DNA of 64,000 nucleotides from Clostridia bacterium 41_269 (GCA_001508005.1 LGEZ01000009.1:2493-66492), one strand, 5' to 3'. Numbered from the stretch's first letter, positions 40,507 to 51,752 are shown. A program made the numbers and translations. The notes: a model not told the origin generated them from the sequence alone.

Positions 40507-41535
40507 TTGATTATTGTAATGAGCCGTGAGGCAACTGATGAACATATTGAAAATGTAAAGAGGCGCTTGGAAAAAGAAGGGTTCAGCATCCATCTTTCAA
40601 AGGGTGTTGCCCGTACAGTTATAGGAGCCATAGGCGACAAAACAAGGATTCCTTTACTGGCTTTAGAAGCAATGCCTGGAGTTGAAAAAGTGGTACCAAT
40701 TCTTCAGCCTTATAAGCTTGCGAGCCGTGAATTTAAAGATGAACCCACAATTATTAAAATAAGAAATGTTGAAATTGGAGGAGATACCATTCACGTCATA
40801 GCTGGTCCCTGTGCTGTGGAAAGCAGGGAACAGTTGCTGGAGACAGCACACATGGTTAAGGAAGCAGGAGCTACTCTGCTTCGGGGAGGGGCTTTTAAAC
40901 CCCGTACTTCACCATACAGCTTTCAGGGTTTGGGAGAGGAAGGGTTGAAAATTCTTGCTGAAGCCAGAGAAGAAACAGGTCTTCCCATTGTTACCGAAGT
41001 AATGGATATAGAAAGCCTCCCTGTGGTTTATGAGTACACAGATGTTTTTCAAATTGGGGCTAGAAATATGCAGAACTTCAATCTGCTTAGAAAAGTAGGT
41101 GAAACGGATAAACCGGTGCTTTTAAAAAGGGGACCCAGCGCCACCATTGAAGAATGGCTTTTAGCCGCTGAATATATTATGTCCTCGGGAAATTATCAGG
41201 TTATTTTATGTGAAAGGGGCATTCGTACCTTTGAGCAGTTTACGCGCAATACATTGGATTTAAGCGCAGTGTGCGCGGTAAAAATGCTGTCGCACCTTCC
41301 GGTGATTGTTGATCCCAGCCACGGAACAGGAAAATGGCAGTTGGTGTCTCCCATGTCCAGGGCTGCAGTAGCAGCAGGAGCAGATGGACTTATAATAGAA
41401 GTTCATCCAAATCCCAGCGAAGCTTTATCTGATGGTCCACAATCCTTGACACCAGACAATTTTAGAGATCTTATGAACGAATTGATACAAATTGCCCCTG
41501 TGCTGGGAAGAAAAATGGCGGTGGATCGTGAATGA
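40507..41535 (+). CDS. aroF: 3-deoxy-7-phosphoheptulonate (DAHP) synthase, type I-beta with N-terminal ACT/ferredoxin-like regulatory domain
   Basis: About 80 aa N-terminal regulatory domain then KDO8PS-like DAHPS core ([24 protein letters not shown]). Thermotoga-type architecture. Confidence 0.85.
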   Translation: MIIVMSREATDEHIENVKRRLEKEGFSIHLSKGVARTVIGAIGDKTRIPLLALEAMPGVEKVVPILQPYKLASREFKDEPTIIKIRNVEIGGDTIHVIAGPCAVESREQLLETAHMVKEAGATLLRGGAFKPRTSPYSFQGLGEEGLKILAEAREETGLPIVTEVMDIESLPVVYEYTDVFQIGARNMQNFNLLRKVGETDKPVLLKRGPSATIEEWLLAAEYIMSSGNYQVILCERGIRTFEQFTRNTLDLSAVCAVKMLSHLPVIVDPSHGTGKWQLVSPMSRAAVAAGADGLIIEVHPNPSEALSDGPQSLTPDNFRDLMNELIQIAPVLGRKMAVDRE

Positions 41536-42380
41536 AGGCTGCTTATTTGGGCCCATGGGGGACTTTTTCGGAGGAAGCAGCCTGCCGATGGATGGAACGA
41601 ATGAAACTTTCTGGAGAGTTGATTCCCTGTACCTTTATTCCTGAAGTTTTTATCATGGTAGAAAAAAAAGAAAGCCGATGTAGGAATTGTTCCCGTGGAG
41701 AATTCCATTGAAGGAACCGTGGGGTTATCTCTGGATTACTTAAAAAATTTTCCCAACCTTTATATTATAGGGGAGGTAGTTTTACCCATCCGGCACTGCA
41801 TTGCTGTTAAAAATATGAAAAACTTTGATTTTACCGAAATAAAATATATATATTCCCATTCCCAAGCTCTGGGGCAGTGCAGGGAGTTTTTAGAAATAAA
41901 TTTTCCGGGGTGCGAATTGAGGCAGACTTCAAGCACAGCTGAAGCTGCCTCAATCGTAGCTTCCGGATTGTCAGGGCAAGCTGCAGCCATCTGTTCTCCC
42001 TTTGCAGCAGAGAAATACGGTCTTACGATTATTGCCTCGGATATACAGGATTATCCTAATAACAAAACCAGATTTTTTGTAGTGGAAAAAAAGCCTTTAA
42101 AATTTTTAAATGACAAAGGACCAGGCAAAACTTCTATGGTTTTTTCCCTTCCTGAAGACAGTCCTGGTTCCCTTTATATGGTGCTGAAATATTTTGCAGA
42201 AGAGAAAATTAACCTGACAAAAATAGAATCAAGGCCGGCAAAAAAAGAGCTGGGGCACTATTTTTCTATTTGGATTGTGAGGGGTATGCTTGGGAAGAGC
42301 CCCTTGCTTCCGTAATAGAAAGGCTTGAGGAAAAAACATTGTTTTTAAAAATTTTAGGCTCATATCCCCGAGCCTGTTAG
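41534..42380 (+). pseudogene. pheA: prephenate dehydratase with C-terminal ACT domain, frame broken twice (A8 at 41662-41669, T5 at 42261-42265)
   Basis: [17 protein letters not shown]-terminus in one frame. Removing one A gives ...MVEKKKADVGIVPVENSIEGTVG. Adding one T gives ...GHYFFYLDCEGYAWEEPLASVIERLEEKTLFLKILGSYPRAC*. Confidence 0.8.
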
Positions 42381-42381
42381 G

Positions 42382-43503
42382 GTGAAGACTATGAGCGGTG
42401 AGGGTTCATTCAAAAAAATATGCATTATTGGTGTGGGTCTTATAGGCGGTTCCCTGGGTATGGCTCTGAAGTACCGCAGAGCTGCTGATCACATTGCAGG
42501 ATATGATGTGGATTATAGAGTGCTGAAAAAAGCAGAAGAGCTGGAAGCAGTTGACAGGGGATATTCAGATTTGGCTGAGGCAGTAGGGGGTGCAGATCTA
42601 ATAATTCTAAGCACCCCCCTTAGCGTTTTTGAAGATATAGCCCAGCGCATGCTGCCTTTTGTCAAAGAAGATGCAGTTATAACCGATACGGGCAGCACTA
42701 AAGCCTGCGTGGTGAGAAAGCTGGAAAGAGTTTTTTCAAATAAAGGATATTTTGTGGGAGGCCACCCCATGTCGGGATCAGAAAAAGGAGGAATTGAGTC
42801 TGCAGACAGATATCTTTTTGAGAACGCTGTTTATGTAATTACTCCCACAGAAAACAGCAGCAGACAGGCCGTAGAAAAGGTTGCTCTGCTGGCGGGTTTG
42901 ATTGGATCCCGTCCTGTGTTTTTGAGCCCCGAGGAGCATGATGCTGTAGTTGCAGCGGTAAGCCACGTTCCCCACATTGCGGCAGCAGGGCTTGTCCTTA
43001 CTCTTGGAGAGCTGGAAAAGAGGCATCCCTGTGCGCCTGTTCTTGCTGCAGGAGGCTTTAGAGATACCACTAGGATAGCTGCATCCGATCCTGAGCTGTG
43101 GGAACAAATATGTTTTTCCAATAGGATTAAGGTTATTGAGGTTCTCGAAAACTATATAGATACCCTCAGCCGTATTAAGATATATTTAGAGGAAAATAAT
43201 AGAAACAAATTTAAGAAAGCTCTAGCCCAGGCGAAGGAACAGAGGCTGAGGATCCCTTCAAAAATGAAGGGAATTCTTCCTTCTTTATTTGAGATTGTGG
43301 TGGTTGTTCCTGATAGGCCTGGGGTTATAGGATTTCTGGGTACCCTTTTGGGCAGTAAAGGGATTAATATCATAGATATTGAAATACTGCGTGTACGAGA
43401 GGGAGAAGGGGGAACCATACGTTTGGGTTTTCAAAGCGAAGAAGCCATGGAAAAGGCCGTTGAGGCTTTAAAGGCAGAAAATATTTTGGTGAGAAAACTG
43501 TAA
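42382..43503 (+). CDS. tyrA: prephenate dehydrogenase with C-terminal ACT domain
   Basis: Rossmann motif ICIIGVGLIGGS. PDH domain. ACT domain (IVVVVPDRPGVIGFLGTLLGSKGINI). Confidence 0.85.
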   Translation: MKTMSGEGSFKKICIIGVGLIGGSLGMALKYRRAADHIAGYDVDYRVLKKAEELEAVDRGYSDLAEAVGGADLIILSTPLSVFEDIAQRMLPFVKEDAVITDTGSTKACVVRKLERVFSNKGYFVGGHPMSGSEKGGIESADRYLFENAVYVITPTENSSRQAVEKVALLAGLIGSRPVFLSPEEHDAVVAAVSHVPHIAAAGLVLTLGELEKRHPCAPVLAAGGFRDTTRIAASDPELWEQICFSNRIKVIEVLENYIDTLSRIKIYLEENNRNKFKKALAQAKEQRLRIPSKMKGILPSLFEIVVVVPDRPGVIGFLGTLLGSKGINIIDIEILRVREGEGGTIRLGFQSEEAMEKAVEALKAENILVRKL

Positions 43504-43504
43504 T

Positions 43505-44836
43505 ATGGGGGTGCAGCCCTTGGAAATAAAAATTTGCCGGGCCAATTCGTTAAAAGGAGAAGTTGAAGTACCTGGGGATAAGTCCATCTCACACAGAGCA
43601 GTCATGCTTGGTGCCTTAGCTGAAGGAATTACAGAAATCAAAGGTTTTCTTTCTGGTGAAGACTGCCTTTCAACAGTTAAATGTTTTCGTCAGCTGGGAG
43701 TCAAAATTGAAGAACTGGGTAAAAATCACCTTAAAGTATACGGTGTGGGTCTCAATGGTTTTACAGAACCAGAAGATGTTTTGGACGCTGGAAATTCCGG
43801 AACAACCATGAGACTGCTTTTAGGTATTCTTTCTGGTCAGAAATTTTATTCTGTAATAACGGGGGATGCTTCACTGAGGAAACGTCCCATGGACAGAGTA
43901 ATAAAGCCCCTTAAAATGATGGGAGCTCAAATAAGAGCAAGGAATAAAGACTCCCTAGCTCCCGTGTCAATATTGGGACATGATGCTGCTGTTCTTAAGC
44001 CCATTGAATATGAAACACCGGTGGCCAGCGCTCAGGTTAAGTCAGCGCTGCTTTTGGCGGGGCTTTTTTGTGAGGGAACCACAGTGATTTCAGAAAAAGT
44101 AAAAACCAGGGACCATACTGAGCGTATGCTTAAGGCTTTTGGGGCAGACATTGAAATTAAGGATGAAGGAAGGCGCATACTGCTGAAGGGACCATCCCAT
44201 TTGAGGGGCAGGGAGGTTAAGGTACCGGGGGACATTTCTTCGGCATCTTTTTTTATTGTTGCAGGATGTTTGGTGCCGGGGTCAGAAATAATAATATCCA
44301 ATGTAGGGGTAAATTCCACTCGTACGGGAATTCTGGATATTCTCTCTTCTATGGGAGCAGATATAAAGCTATTTAATAAAAGGATCCTTTGTGGGGAGCC
44401 GGTGGCCGATATAGCTGTGAAACACAGCTCTTTAAAGGCTGTTGAAATTGGTGGTGAAATAATTCCCCGAGTTATAGACGAGATACCGGTTTTGGCAGTT
44501 GCTGCATGCAGAGCTTATGGTACCACAGTGATCAGAGATGCTGCAGAGCTGAGGTATAAGGAAACTGACCGTATTGGAATTATTGCTGCTGAACTGAGGA
44601 AAATGGGTGCTCGGATTAAAGAAATGGATGATGGCTTTATAATTGAAGGGCCTGTTAGTTTGAAAGGAGCTTCTTTGAATAGCCACGGTGATCACAGAAT
44701 AGCCATGGCCCTAGCTGTGGCAGGCCTTACTGCAGAAGGTGAAACTATTATTAAAGATGCCCAGTGTGCTGCCATATCATTTCCTAACTTTTATGAAACT
44801 CTTTGGGAATTAATGGAAATATCCGGAGGGAAGTAG
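43505..44836 (+). CDS. aroA: 3-phosphoshikimate 1-carboxyvinyltransferase (EPSP synthase)
   Basis: LPGDKSISHRA and GNSGTTMRLL motifs. Confidence 0.9.
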   Translation: MGVQPLEIKICRANSLKGEVEVPGDKSISHRAVMLGALAEGITEIKGFLSGEDCLSTVKCFRQLGVKIEELGKNHLKVYGVGLNGFTEPEDVLDAGNSGTTMRLLLGILSGQKFYSVITGDASLRKRPMDRVIKPLKMMGAQIRARNKDSLAPVSILGHDAAVLKPIEYETPVASAQVKSALLLAGLFCEGTTVISEKVKTRDHTERMLKAFGADIEIKDEGRRILLKGPSHLRGREVKVPGDISSASFFIVAGCLVPGSEIIISNVGVNSTRTGILDILSSMGADIKLFNKRILCGEPVADIAVKHSSLKAVEIGGEIIPRVIDEIPVLAVAACRAYGTTVIRDAAELRYKETDRIGIIAAELRKMGARIKEMDDGFIIEGPVSLKGASLNSHGDHRIAMALAVAGLTAEGETIIKDAQCAAISFPNFYETLWELMEISGGK

Positions 44837-45517
44837 ATGAAACCAAATATAGCCATTGACGGCCCTGCTGGTGCGGGAAAAAGCACTGTTGCCAGGAAGC
44901 TGGCTGAAAAACTTGGTTTTCTGTATATTGATACAGGAGCTATGTACAGGGCGCTTACTTACTGTGCCCTGAAAAAAGGTATTGATATTAATAACCCAGA
45001 TGAACTCACAGAACTGGCGGAAAATGTTGAGATATTTCTTACTGCGGATGAGGATGGACAGATGAGAGTTTACTGCTGCGGCGAAGATGTAACTTCATAT
45101 CTTAGAGATCCTAAAGTTTCCCAGTGTGTTTCTAAAGTTGCGGAAGTGCCTGGTGTGCGCCGTAGAATGGTTGAGCTTCAGAGAAAAATGGCATCTGCAG
45201 GAGGAGTAATAATGGACGGGCGGGATATAGGAACGTATGTGCTTCCCGATGCCCAGCTGAAGTTCTTCATTACGGCTGACCTTGAAGAAAGGGCACGTAG
45301 AAGGCTGAAGGATTTAGAAAAACAGGGATATATAGCGGATTTAGAGGAAGTAAAGAAGGAAATAGCGATGCGGGATGCCAAGGACAGCAGCAGGGCAGTG
45401 GCACCTCTTAAAAAAGCCGAAGATGCCGTACTTATAGATACGACGAATTTAACTGTAGACGAGGTACTGCAGCTTATTTTTAAAATCAGCAGGGAGAGAA
45501 TTAAAGATGATGTATAA
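44837..45517 (+). CDS. cmk: cytidylate kinase
   Basis: P-loop IAIDGPAGAGKST and a DGRDIGT-type motif. Confidence 0.9.
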   Translation: MKPNIAIDGPAGAGKSTVARKLAEKLGFLYIDTGAMYRALTYCALKKGIDINNPDELTELAENVEIFLTADEDGQMRVYCCGEDVTSYLRDPKVSQCVSKVAEVPGVRRRMVELQRKMASAGGVIMDGRDIGTYVLPDAQLKFFITADLEERARRRLKDLEKQGYIADLEEVKKEIAMRDAKDSSRAVAPLKKAEDAVLIDTTNLTVDEVLQLIFKISRERIKDDV

Positions 45518-46097
45518 ACTGGGGAAAGCTTTTTTTTATTTTCTCTTCACATATATATGCCGTTGGAAAGTAAGGGGAGCTGATAATGTGCCCCAAAAAG
45601 GTCCAGCAGTTATTGTTTCCAATCATCTAAGCCTTTGGGACCCATTAGTTGTGGGGGCTGCAGTTAAGCGTAGGGTTTATTTCATGGCCAAAGCTGAGCT
45701 TTTTAGATATCCATTGGTGGGAATTATTGTTAGATCATGGGGTGCATTTCCTGTAAAGAGGGGGAGGCTGGATCGAGAGGCTCTTAAAAATGCCATGAGG
45801 GTACTTCAAAGGGGAGATGTTTTGGGAATTTTTCCTGAAGGCAGAAGAAGTGTCACAGGGAAGCTGCAGGAGTTTAAGCCCGGAGCTGTTTCTTTAGCGG
45901 TGAAGTATGGTGCTCCTATTGTTCCCGTTGGTCTAATAGGAACAAAAAAAATTTTTTACAGGGGATGGTTTAGAAGTTTTGAGGTAAATATTGGAGAACC
46001 CATACCAACGAAAGAGTTTAAAAATAAAGATGCAGATATTGAGAAGCTTAACAGAATGGTTTGGGAGAAGGTTGCTGAACTGAGCGGTCAAAAATAG
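45507..46097 (+). CDS. plsC: 1-acyl-sn-glycerol-3-phosphate acyltransferase
   Basis: HxxxxD motif (SNHLSLWD) and FPEGRRS motif. Confidence 0.75.
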   Translation: MMYKLGKAFFYFLFTYICRWKVRGADNVPQKGPAVIVSNHLSLWDPLVVGAAVKRRVYFMAKAELFRYPLVGIIVRSWGAFPVKRGRLDREALKNAMRVLQRGDVLGIFPEGRRSVTGKLQEFKPGAVSLAVKYGAPIVPVGLIGTKKIFYRGWFRSFEVNIGEPIPTKEFKNKDADIEKLNRMVWEKVAELSGQK

Positions 46098-46214
46098 GTT
46101 TACAGATTTCCTTCCATTTATGAAGTGGATGTTATAAAAAGCCCAAATATTTGCAGGAGTTTCTTACTTTTTGAAGAAAGCTCATATTGTTTTACAAAAA
46201 ACCGCAAACTATCA

Positions 46215-46266
46215 ATGAATAAATGAATAGTATAAATGAATAAATGAATAGTATAAATGAATAATT
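46215..46266. repeat. tandem repeat, about 2.5 copies of a 21-nt unit (aatgaataaatgaatagtata)
   Basis: The octamer AATGAATA occurs 5 times (46215, 46223, 46236, 46244, 46257), directly upstream of the ispH-rpsA gene. Confidence 0.7.
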
Positions 46267-46298
46267 TTAGATAAAAATTTCGCGGCCGGTGTTATTGA

Positions 46299-48569
46299 AT
46301 GGAAATTATAATTGCAGATTATGCAGGGTTCTGCTTTGGAGTCAAAAGGGCCATTGAATTAGCTGAAAAGACCTTACAAATCAATAAAAAGCCGGTATAT
46401 TCCCTGGGGCCTCTGATACACAACCCTCAGGTGGTTGAAAAATTCGAAAAAATGGGTCTGAAAAATATAGAGGGAATTGAAGATGTTAGTGAAGGCACCT
46501 TAATTATCAGGTCCCACGGTGCTGTACCAGAAGTTTTTGCAGAAGCTGAGAAAAAAGATTTAAAGTTGGTTGATGCGACCTGCCCTTTTGTAAAAAGAGC
46601 TCAGAGGCTGGTCCAGGATTTAAAGGAAAAAGGATATCAGGTTGTAGTGGTGGGTGATAAAAATCACCCTGAAGTTATTGCCCTTGTGGGATGGGCTGAT
46701 AATAAGGCCATTGTAATAAAAAACGAAGAAGAGGCTTTAAAGCTTCCCCACTATGCCAAAATTGGTGTTGTTGCTCAGACAACTCAGAGGGAAGATAATT
46801 TTTATAATGTTGTTGGGATTTTAAGAAAAAAAGCTGATGATCTTTTGGTTTATAACACCATTTGCCATGCCACACGGGACCGTCAGGAGGCAGCTCGGGA
46901 TTTAGCCCGAAGGGTTGATGTGGTAGTGGTGGTGGGAGGTCGAAACAGTTCCAATACCCGCAAACTGGCTGAAGTGTGTTCAGGAACTGGCACCGTCACT
47001 TATCACATCGAAACAGCCGAGGAATTAAAGTCCCAGTGGTTTATAAATAAAAGGCGGGTTGGGGTAACCGCTGGAGCTTCAACCCCAGATTGGATTATTG
47101 AGGAGGTAGTTTCAAAAATGATGGAATTTAAGGATAATTTAGAAGAAAAAATTGAAGAAATTGAAGAAGAAAAGCAAAAAACTCTGCAGGATCAAAAGGA
47201 AAGCGAGGGGGCCGTCGTGGAACCCGCGCAGACCGAGACCGGGGTTGAGGTTCCAGAGGCCGGCAGCACAGATGGAGGAGGAGAGAATAAACAGGCTGAC
47301 GAAAAAGAAGGCAGTTCAGAAGAAAATAATATGCAGGTTGAAGCCCACTTGGCTGAAAACCTTAAAAATATCAGCCGTGGTGATATAGTAAAAGGAACTG
47401 TTGTTCAGATTAAAGAAAATGAAGTTTTGGTGGATATTGGTGGAAAGTCCGAAGGTATTATTCCTATTCATGAGTTATCTTTGAAAAAGGTGGATGACCC
47501 CAATGAGGTTGTAAATATTGGGGATGAAATAGAGGTTCAGGTTCTTCGAGTTGAAAATGAAGAAGGGAATCCCGTTCTGTCAAAGAAAAGAGCTGACAGA
47601 ATAAGAGCTTGGGAAATGCTGGAAGAAGCTTATAACAACGGAAGCGAAGTGGAAGGGACAGTTATTGAAGTGGTAAAAGGCGGATTATTAGTAGATGTGG
47701 GAATTCGCGGTTTTGTTCCTGCTTCTCTTGTGGAAAAGGGCTATGTTGAAGATTTAACCCAATATGTGGGTAAGACCCTAAGGCTTAAGGTTATTGAACT
47801 TGACAGAAGCAGAAATAAGATTGTTCTTTCTCGTAAAGCAGTTCTTGATGAGGAATTTGAAAGAATGAAGCAGGAAACCTGGAACTCCCTTGAGGAGGGT
47901 CAGGTAAGAAAGGGCATAGTCAGGAGGATTACGGATTTTGGTGCCTTTGTTGATTTAGGCGGCGTTGATGGGCTTCTTCACGTTTCTGAGATTTCGTGGG
48001 GTCGTGTAGACCATCCTTCGGATGTCCTAAAAGAGGGTCAGGAAATTGATGTAAAGGTACTGAGCATTAATAGGGAAGAGGGAAAAATTTCTCTGGGGCT
48101 AAAGCAGCTTCAGCCCAATCCGTGGGATACAGCTGAGGGGAGATATCCTGTGGGCACCATTGTTGAAGGAAAAGTACTTCGCATTGCACCCTTTGGAGCT
48201 TTTGTAGAAGTGGAGCCCGGCATTGAAGGATTGGTGCATATTTCTCAGCTGGCGGAAGAACATGTTGAAAAAACAGAAGATGTTGTTTCTGTTGGAGACA
48301 AAATACCCGTAAAGGTTCTCAGCGTAGATTCAAAAGCTCAGAGAATGAGCTTGAGTCGGCGGCAGGCATTAAGGGATAAGGAAAGAGCTGCTAAAAAGGA
48401 AAAAGAAAGTAGCAAAAAGCAAGAAAGTGCTAAAGAAGAGGCAAAGGGCAGAGAAAAGGAAAATAAAGTTTTAAGTGAGACAGATACGCTGGAAACGGGT
48501 GAGGGTATAAGTAAAATAGGTGAAATTGTGGGGGATATTTTAAAAAAGGAAGACTTTAATAAAAGCTGA
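46299..48569 (+). CDS. ispH: bifunctional 4-hydroxy-3-methylbut-2-enyl diphosphate reductase (IspH/LytB) / ribosomal protein S1 domain fusion
   Basis: N-terminal IspH about 280 aa ([24 protein letters not shown]). Acidic low-complexity linker, then four S1 domains. Confidence 0.85.
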   Translation: MEIIIADYAGFCFGVKRAIELAEKTLQINKKPVYSLGPLIHNPQVVEKFEKMGLKNIEGIEDVSEGTLIIRSHGAVPEVFAEAEKKDLKLVDATCPFVKRAQRLVQDLKEKGYQVVVVGDKNHPEVIALVGWADNKAIVIKNEEEALKLPHYAKIGVVAQTTQREDNFYNVVGILRKKADDLLVYNTICHATRDRQEAARDLARRVDVVVVVGGRNSSNTRKLAEVCSGTGTVTYHIETAEELKSQWFINKRRVGVTAGASTPDWIIEEVVSKMMEFKDNLEEKIEEIEEEKQKTLQDQKESEGAVVEPAQTETGVEVPEAGSTDGGGENKQADEKEGSSEENNMQVEAHLAENLKNISRGDIVKGTVVQIKENEVLVDIGGKSEGIIPIHELSLKKVDDPNEVVNIGDEIEVQVLRVENEEGNPVLSKKRADRIRAWEMLEEAYNNGSEVEGTVIEVVKGGLLVDVGIRGFVPASLVEKGYVEDLTQYVGKTLRLKVIELDRSRNKIVLSRKAVLDEEFERMKQETWNSLEEGQVRKGIVRRITDFGAFVDLGGVDGLLHVSEISWGRVDHPSDVLKEGQEIDVKVLSINREEGKISLGLKQLQPNPWDTAEGRYPVGTIVEGKVLRIAPFGAFVEVEPGIEGLVHISQLAEEHVEKTEDVVSVGDKIPVKVLSVDSKAQRMSLSRRQALRDKERAAKKEKESSKKQESAKEEAKGREKENKVLSETDTLETGEGISKIGEIVGDILKKEDFNKS

Positions 48570-48601
48570 AATAAGCCTAAAAAGCTTGAGGTGATTACGG
48601 A

Positions 48602-48628
48602 CCCTGCGCATTAAGCGCAGGGTTTTTT
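48602..48628 (+). terminator. rho-independent terminator after ispH-rpsA
   Basis: CCCTGCGC-attaa-GCGCAGGG followed by T6. Confidence 0.8.
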
Positions 48629-48678
48629 AATGCCTTTTTATGTTGAATAATTGCAATTTTTCAGGGGCAATATAAACT

Positions 48679-49428
48679 TTGAAAAAAACTGACATCAAGG
48701 AGGAAAAGAAGTTGCAGGGTTATCCCATAGGAACCATAGTTCTAGTTATTATTGCAGCTGTCATATATTTAGGGCTTGCTCACAGAACACTGGATAGGCT
48801 TTATTTGACCGATAAAGCAGCGCTGTTGATTATAGCTGCAATGATTTTAGGCAGTTTTATTGATATACCAATAACCTTTGGAGGAATTAATGCATCAGTT
48901 AATGTAGGGGGTGCCGTTATACCCCTTATACTGGTGCTGTATGTTTTATCAAAAGCAGGAACTTCCGGTGAAAGAATTAGAGCTGTTCTTGCGGCAGTTA
49001 TAACTGCAGCTGTAATTTTCAGCATTAATACCTTAATTTTTGGAGATGATCCATGGCACAGGGGAAGGGATTTTGTTGATCCCCTTTATGTTTATCCCCT
49101 TGTTGCCGGTGGAACCGCATATATAGCCGGGAGATCAAGGAGATCAGCATTTATTGCTGCTTTCTTAGGGGTGCTTTTGCTGGATATTATTGACTATCTG
49201 ATAATTGTTTTTTTCAATGTTCCAGGTTCTGTTAACATCGGCGGAGCAGGGGTATTTGATGCTTTAGTGCTTTCGGGAATTGTAGCGGTGGGACTTGCTG
49301 AAATTATTGGGGAAACCCGAGAAAGGATACAGGGAGGTCCAGCAGTTGAAGGAAGAAATGAAAAACTGCTGGAGGGATTGAAAAACAAAAATTATTCTGG
49401 CGATCGGGGTGAAGACGATGAAAAATAA
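48679..49428 (+). CDS. integral membrane protein of unknown function
   Basis: Multiple TM helices, Gly-rich (GGAG). No assignable family. Confidence 0.4.
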   Translation: MKKTDIKEEKKLQGYPIGTIVLVIIAAVIYLGLAHRTLDRLYLTDKAALLIIAAMILGSFIDIPITFGGINASVNVGGAVIPLILVLYVLSKAGTSGERIRAVLAAVITAAVIFSINTLIFGDDPWHRGRDFVDPLYVYPLVAGGTAYIAGRSRRSAFIAAFLGVLLLDIIDYLIIVFFNVPGSVNIGGAGVFDALVLSGIVAVGLAEIIGETRERIQGGPAVEGRNEKLLEGLKNKNYSGDRGEDDEK

Positions 49429-50587
49429 TCGTACTTATAGATTGCTTACTGTAATTGTTTTTATTTTTATATTGGGGCTTCTTGTTTTTTGCGAAAAGGG
49501 AGAGTTTAAGACAGCTTTCAGTATAAATTTAACTGGGGAAGTCAATTGGGGTGTTGAATGTAAACCTGGAACCTACTATACCATCTATGATCAAAAGGGA
49601 AACGTAATTGAAAAAACTTCTAGAATGGTAAATGTGGGAGATGAATTCATTGACGAAGATAATAATCGCTACAGTGTGATAAAAGTAAAAGGTTACAAAG
49701 CGGAAGCTGAACTGCTGGGTAGAGAAGAAATAGTTTGGGAAGTCAATGGCCAAGGGGAAACAGACGTTTTGGGTGGAGATTTTCATATACCTGTCCAGCG
49801 GGTTGGAGTAAACAATCTGGTTGCTGTTTATCACACACACAGCGATGAATCTTATATTCCCACTGATGGAACCCAGAGCATTCCAGGTTCCGGGGGAATT
49901 TTTAAAGTGGGAGAAATCTTTGCTGAGAAACTTAGAAGTTTAGGGATGGAGGTAATACATGATAGAAGGAGCCATGAACCCCATGATGCCAATGCATATA
50001 GACGTTCCCGAAGAACGTCTACAAGATTGCTTCAGAAGAATCCTGCGGCTATTATAGATATTCACCGTGATGGAGTTCCAGATCCAGATTTTTATATAGA
50101 TAATGTAGCGGGTCAGGAAGTATCAAAAATAAGATTAGTAATTGGGCGCCAAAATCCCAATATGCAGGCTAATTTTGATTTTGCGAAAAGGCTTAAAGGT
50201 TATCTTGATGAAAAATATCCCGGACTTGTAAAGGGAATTTACCTGGCTAAAGGTAATTACAATCAGGATTTATCTCCACGGTCCATTCTTGTGGAAGCAG
50301 GAACCCATACCATTTCCAGGGAACGGGCACAGCGGGGAATTGCCTTATTTGCTGAAGCCCTTCCTCCAGTGCTGGGGGTGTCTCCATCGCCTACTCCCTT
50401 TAAACAGGAGCCTGCAGGGACCAGGGGAGATCTGGCAGCTGCTCTGTTCGTTATTCTATCCATTATAATTGGATCAGCAATTTATCTGGTTATAAGTACT
50501 GGAAGCATTGAAGGGGCAGTAAGGAAGCTCAAACAGTTTATAACTGTTGAGTGGACAAATTTCTTTGGAAAACGCTGGAGAAAATAA
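49409..50587 (+). CDS. spoIIP: stage II sporulation protein P
   Basis: N-terminal TM, conserved VAVYHTHSDESY and DIHRDG motifs of the SpoIIP amidase-like family. Confidence 0.7.
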   Translation: MKTMKNNRTYRLLTVIVFIFILGLLVFCEKGEFKTAFSINLTGEVNWGVECKPGTYYTIYDQKGNVIEKTSRMVNVGDEFIDEDNNRYSVIKVKGYKAEAELLGREEIVWEVNGQGETDVLGGDFHIPVQRVGVNNLVAVYHTHSDESYIPTDGTQSIPGSGGIFKVGEIFAEKLRSLGMEVIHDRRSHEPHDANAYRRSRRTSTRLLQKNPAAIIDIHRDGVPDPDFYIDNVAGQEVSKIRLVIGRQNPNMQANFDFAKRLKGYLDEKYPGLVKGIYLAKGNYNQDLSPRSILVEAGTHTISRERAQRGIALFAEALPPVLGVSPSPTPFKQEPAGTRGDLAAALFVILSIIIGSAIYLVISTGSIEGAVRKLKQFITVEWTNFFGKRWRK

Positions 50588-50609
50588 AGGGCAGCGTGGG
50601 GGAAATTAA

Positions 50610-51515
50610 ATGGAAAGGTATGGGCTTACCATTGCAGTGGGAATTGTTGTGGGCGTCTTGGCAAGGATCTGCATGCTGAGGTCCGATTACAGGCATTTTC
50701 CTGGCTATCCCCATGGTTATGTAACGCACATATCTTTAGGATTTATTGCTGCATCATTGGGTGCTGTTGCAGTGCCTGCTTTGGTTGAAAAGGAATTTAC
50801 TGCAGTAACCTTTTTGGCCCTTGCAGCCCAGCAGTTTAGGGAAATTAGAAACATGGAAAGGGAAACCCTTACCCAGCTGGAAGAAAACGAACTGGTGCCC
50901 AGGGGAAAAGATCTTATTGAAGGAATAGCTAGGGTTTTTGAATCCCGCAATTATTTGGTTATAGCTTCTTCACTCCAGGCAAGCTTTATAACATATTTTT
51001 TTGATGTAAAATTGGCAGTTGTTTCCTCGGCTGTATTGATCTGGATTTTTATGAGATATCTGGCTACAGGACATGTGGTGGGAGATATTGCAGATGTTGT
51101 TCCGTCAAAACCCTATTTCGGATATGCCGGCTTTAAAACCCTTTTGATGATTGATGAAGTGGTAATTATGGAAGTGGGTTTGGAAGAAGCGCGGAAAAAA
51201 ATTTTAAAGGAAGGTTTAGGAGTGATTATAAAACCGAAAGATGACAATGCTAGAGCTACACTGCATAAAGTGGGACAGAGGCAGGCAATACTGCATACGG
51301 TAGCTTCTTTGGTGGGAACAAAGCGCGAGGTGGGGGAGCTGGAGTGGAGCCCCATTGCCCGTAAAAATATAGATACTGGAGAAATAGCCTTATTCATAGT
51401 TCCTAATGAACCAGATATGGAAGCCCTTATTCAAGCTGTAAAATTAACTCCGGTTTTGGAAAGCGCAAGAACAACTCCTCTGGAGAGCAGACCAGGTAAA
51501 ATGGCAGCAGATTAA
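50610..51515 (+). CDS. YIEGIA-family membrane protein
   Basis: Contains the eponymous motif (DLIEGIARVFE) and TM helices. Located upstream of der as in Bacillus yphB. Confidence 0.6.
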   Translation: MERYGLTIAVGIVVGVLARICMLRSDYRHFPGYPHGYVTHISLGFIAASLGAVAVPALVEKEFTAVTFLALAAQQFREIRNMERETLTQLEENELVPRGKDLIEGIARVFESRNYLVIASSLQASFITYFFDVKLAVVSSAVLIWIFMRYLATGHVVGDIADVVPSKPYFGYAGFKTLLMIDEVVIMEVGLEEARKKILKEGLGVIIKPKDDNARATLHKVGQRQAILHTVASLVGTKREVGELEWSPIARKNIDTGEIALFIVPNEPDMEALIQAVKLTPVLESARTTPLESRPGKMAAD

Positions 51516-51551
51516 AGTAATGAGCCCATATGGCTTTGGAGGTGAGAATAG

Positions 51552-51752
51552 TTGTCTGAGGTTTCATCCATAGGAGATATCCTGGCAGTTATTGTACTTG
51601 AAGAAGCAAAAAGTAAAGTAGCGGGAGGTGCTCCCATTTTTATTGTTTGGGACAGAGAAGAACAGGAAAAACTTGCCCTTCTTTTAAGCAGGATTCTTAA
51701 AGCAATGGCCCACGATCTGGAAAACGGCGTATTTATTCTAACGAGACACTAA
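51552..51752 (+). CDS. small protein, putative capping-complex subunit for YIEGIA
   Basis: 66 aa ORF immediately downstream of the YIEGIA gene. Assignment by recalled gene-neighbourhood annotation only. Confidence 0.35.
   Translation: MSEVSSIGDILAVIVLEEAKSKVAGGAPIFIVWDREEQEKLALLLSRILKAMAHDLENGVFILTRH

Noticed and set aside
40280-40510. 76-aa ORF in the DAHP synthase gene leader, as a possible leader peptide
   Set aside because: It is not enriched in aromatic codons, has no RBS, and spans the terminator hairpin. It is more likely non-coding structured RNA.
46215-46266. CRISPR array
   Set aside because: The repeats are 21 nt, directly tandem, without spacers. There is no cas neighbourhood.
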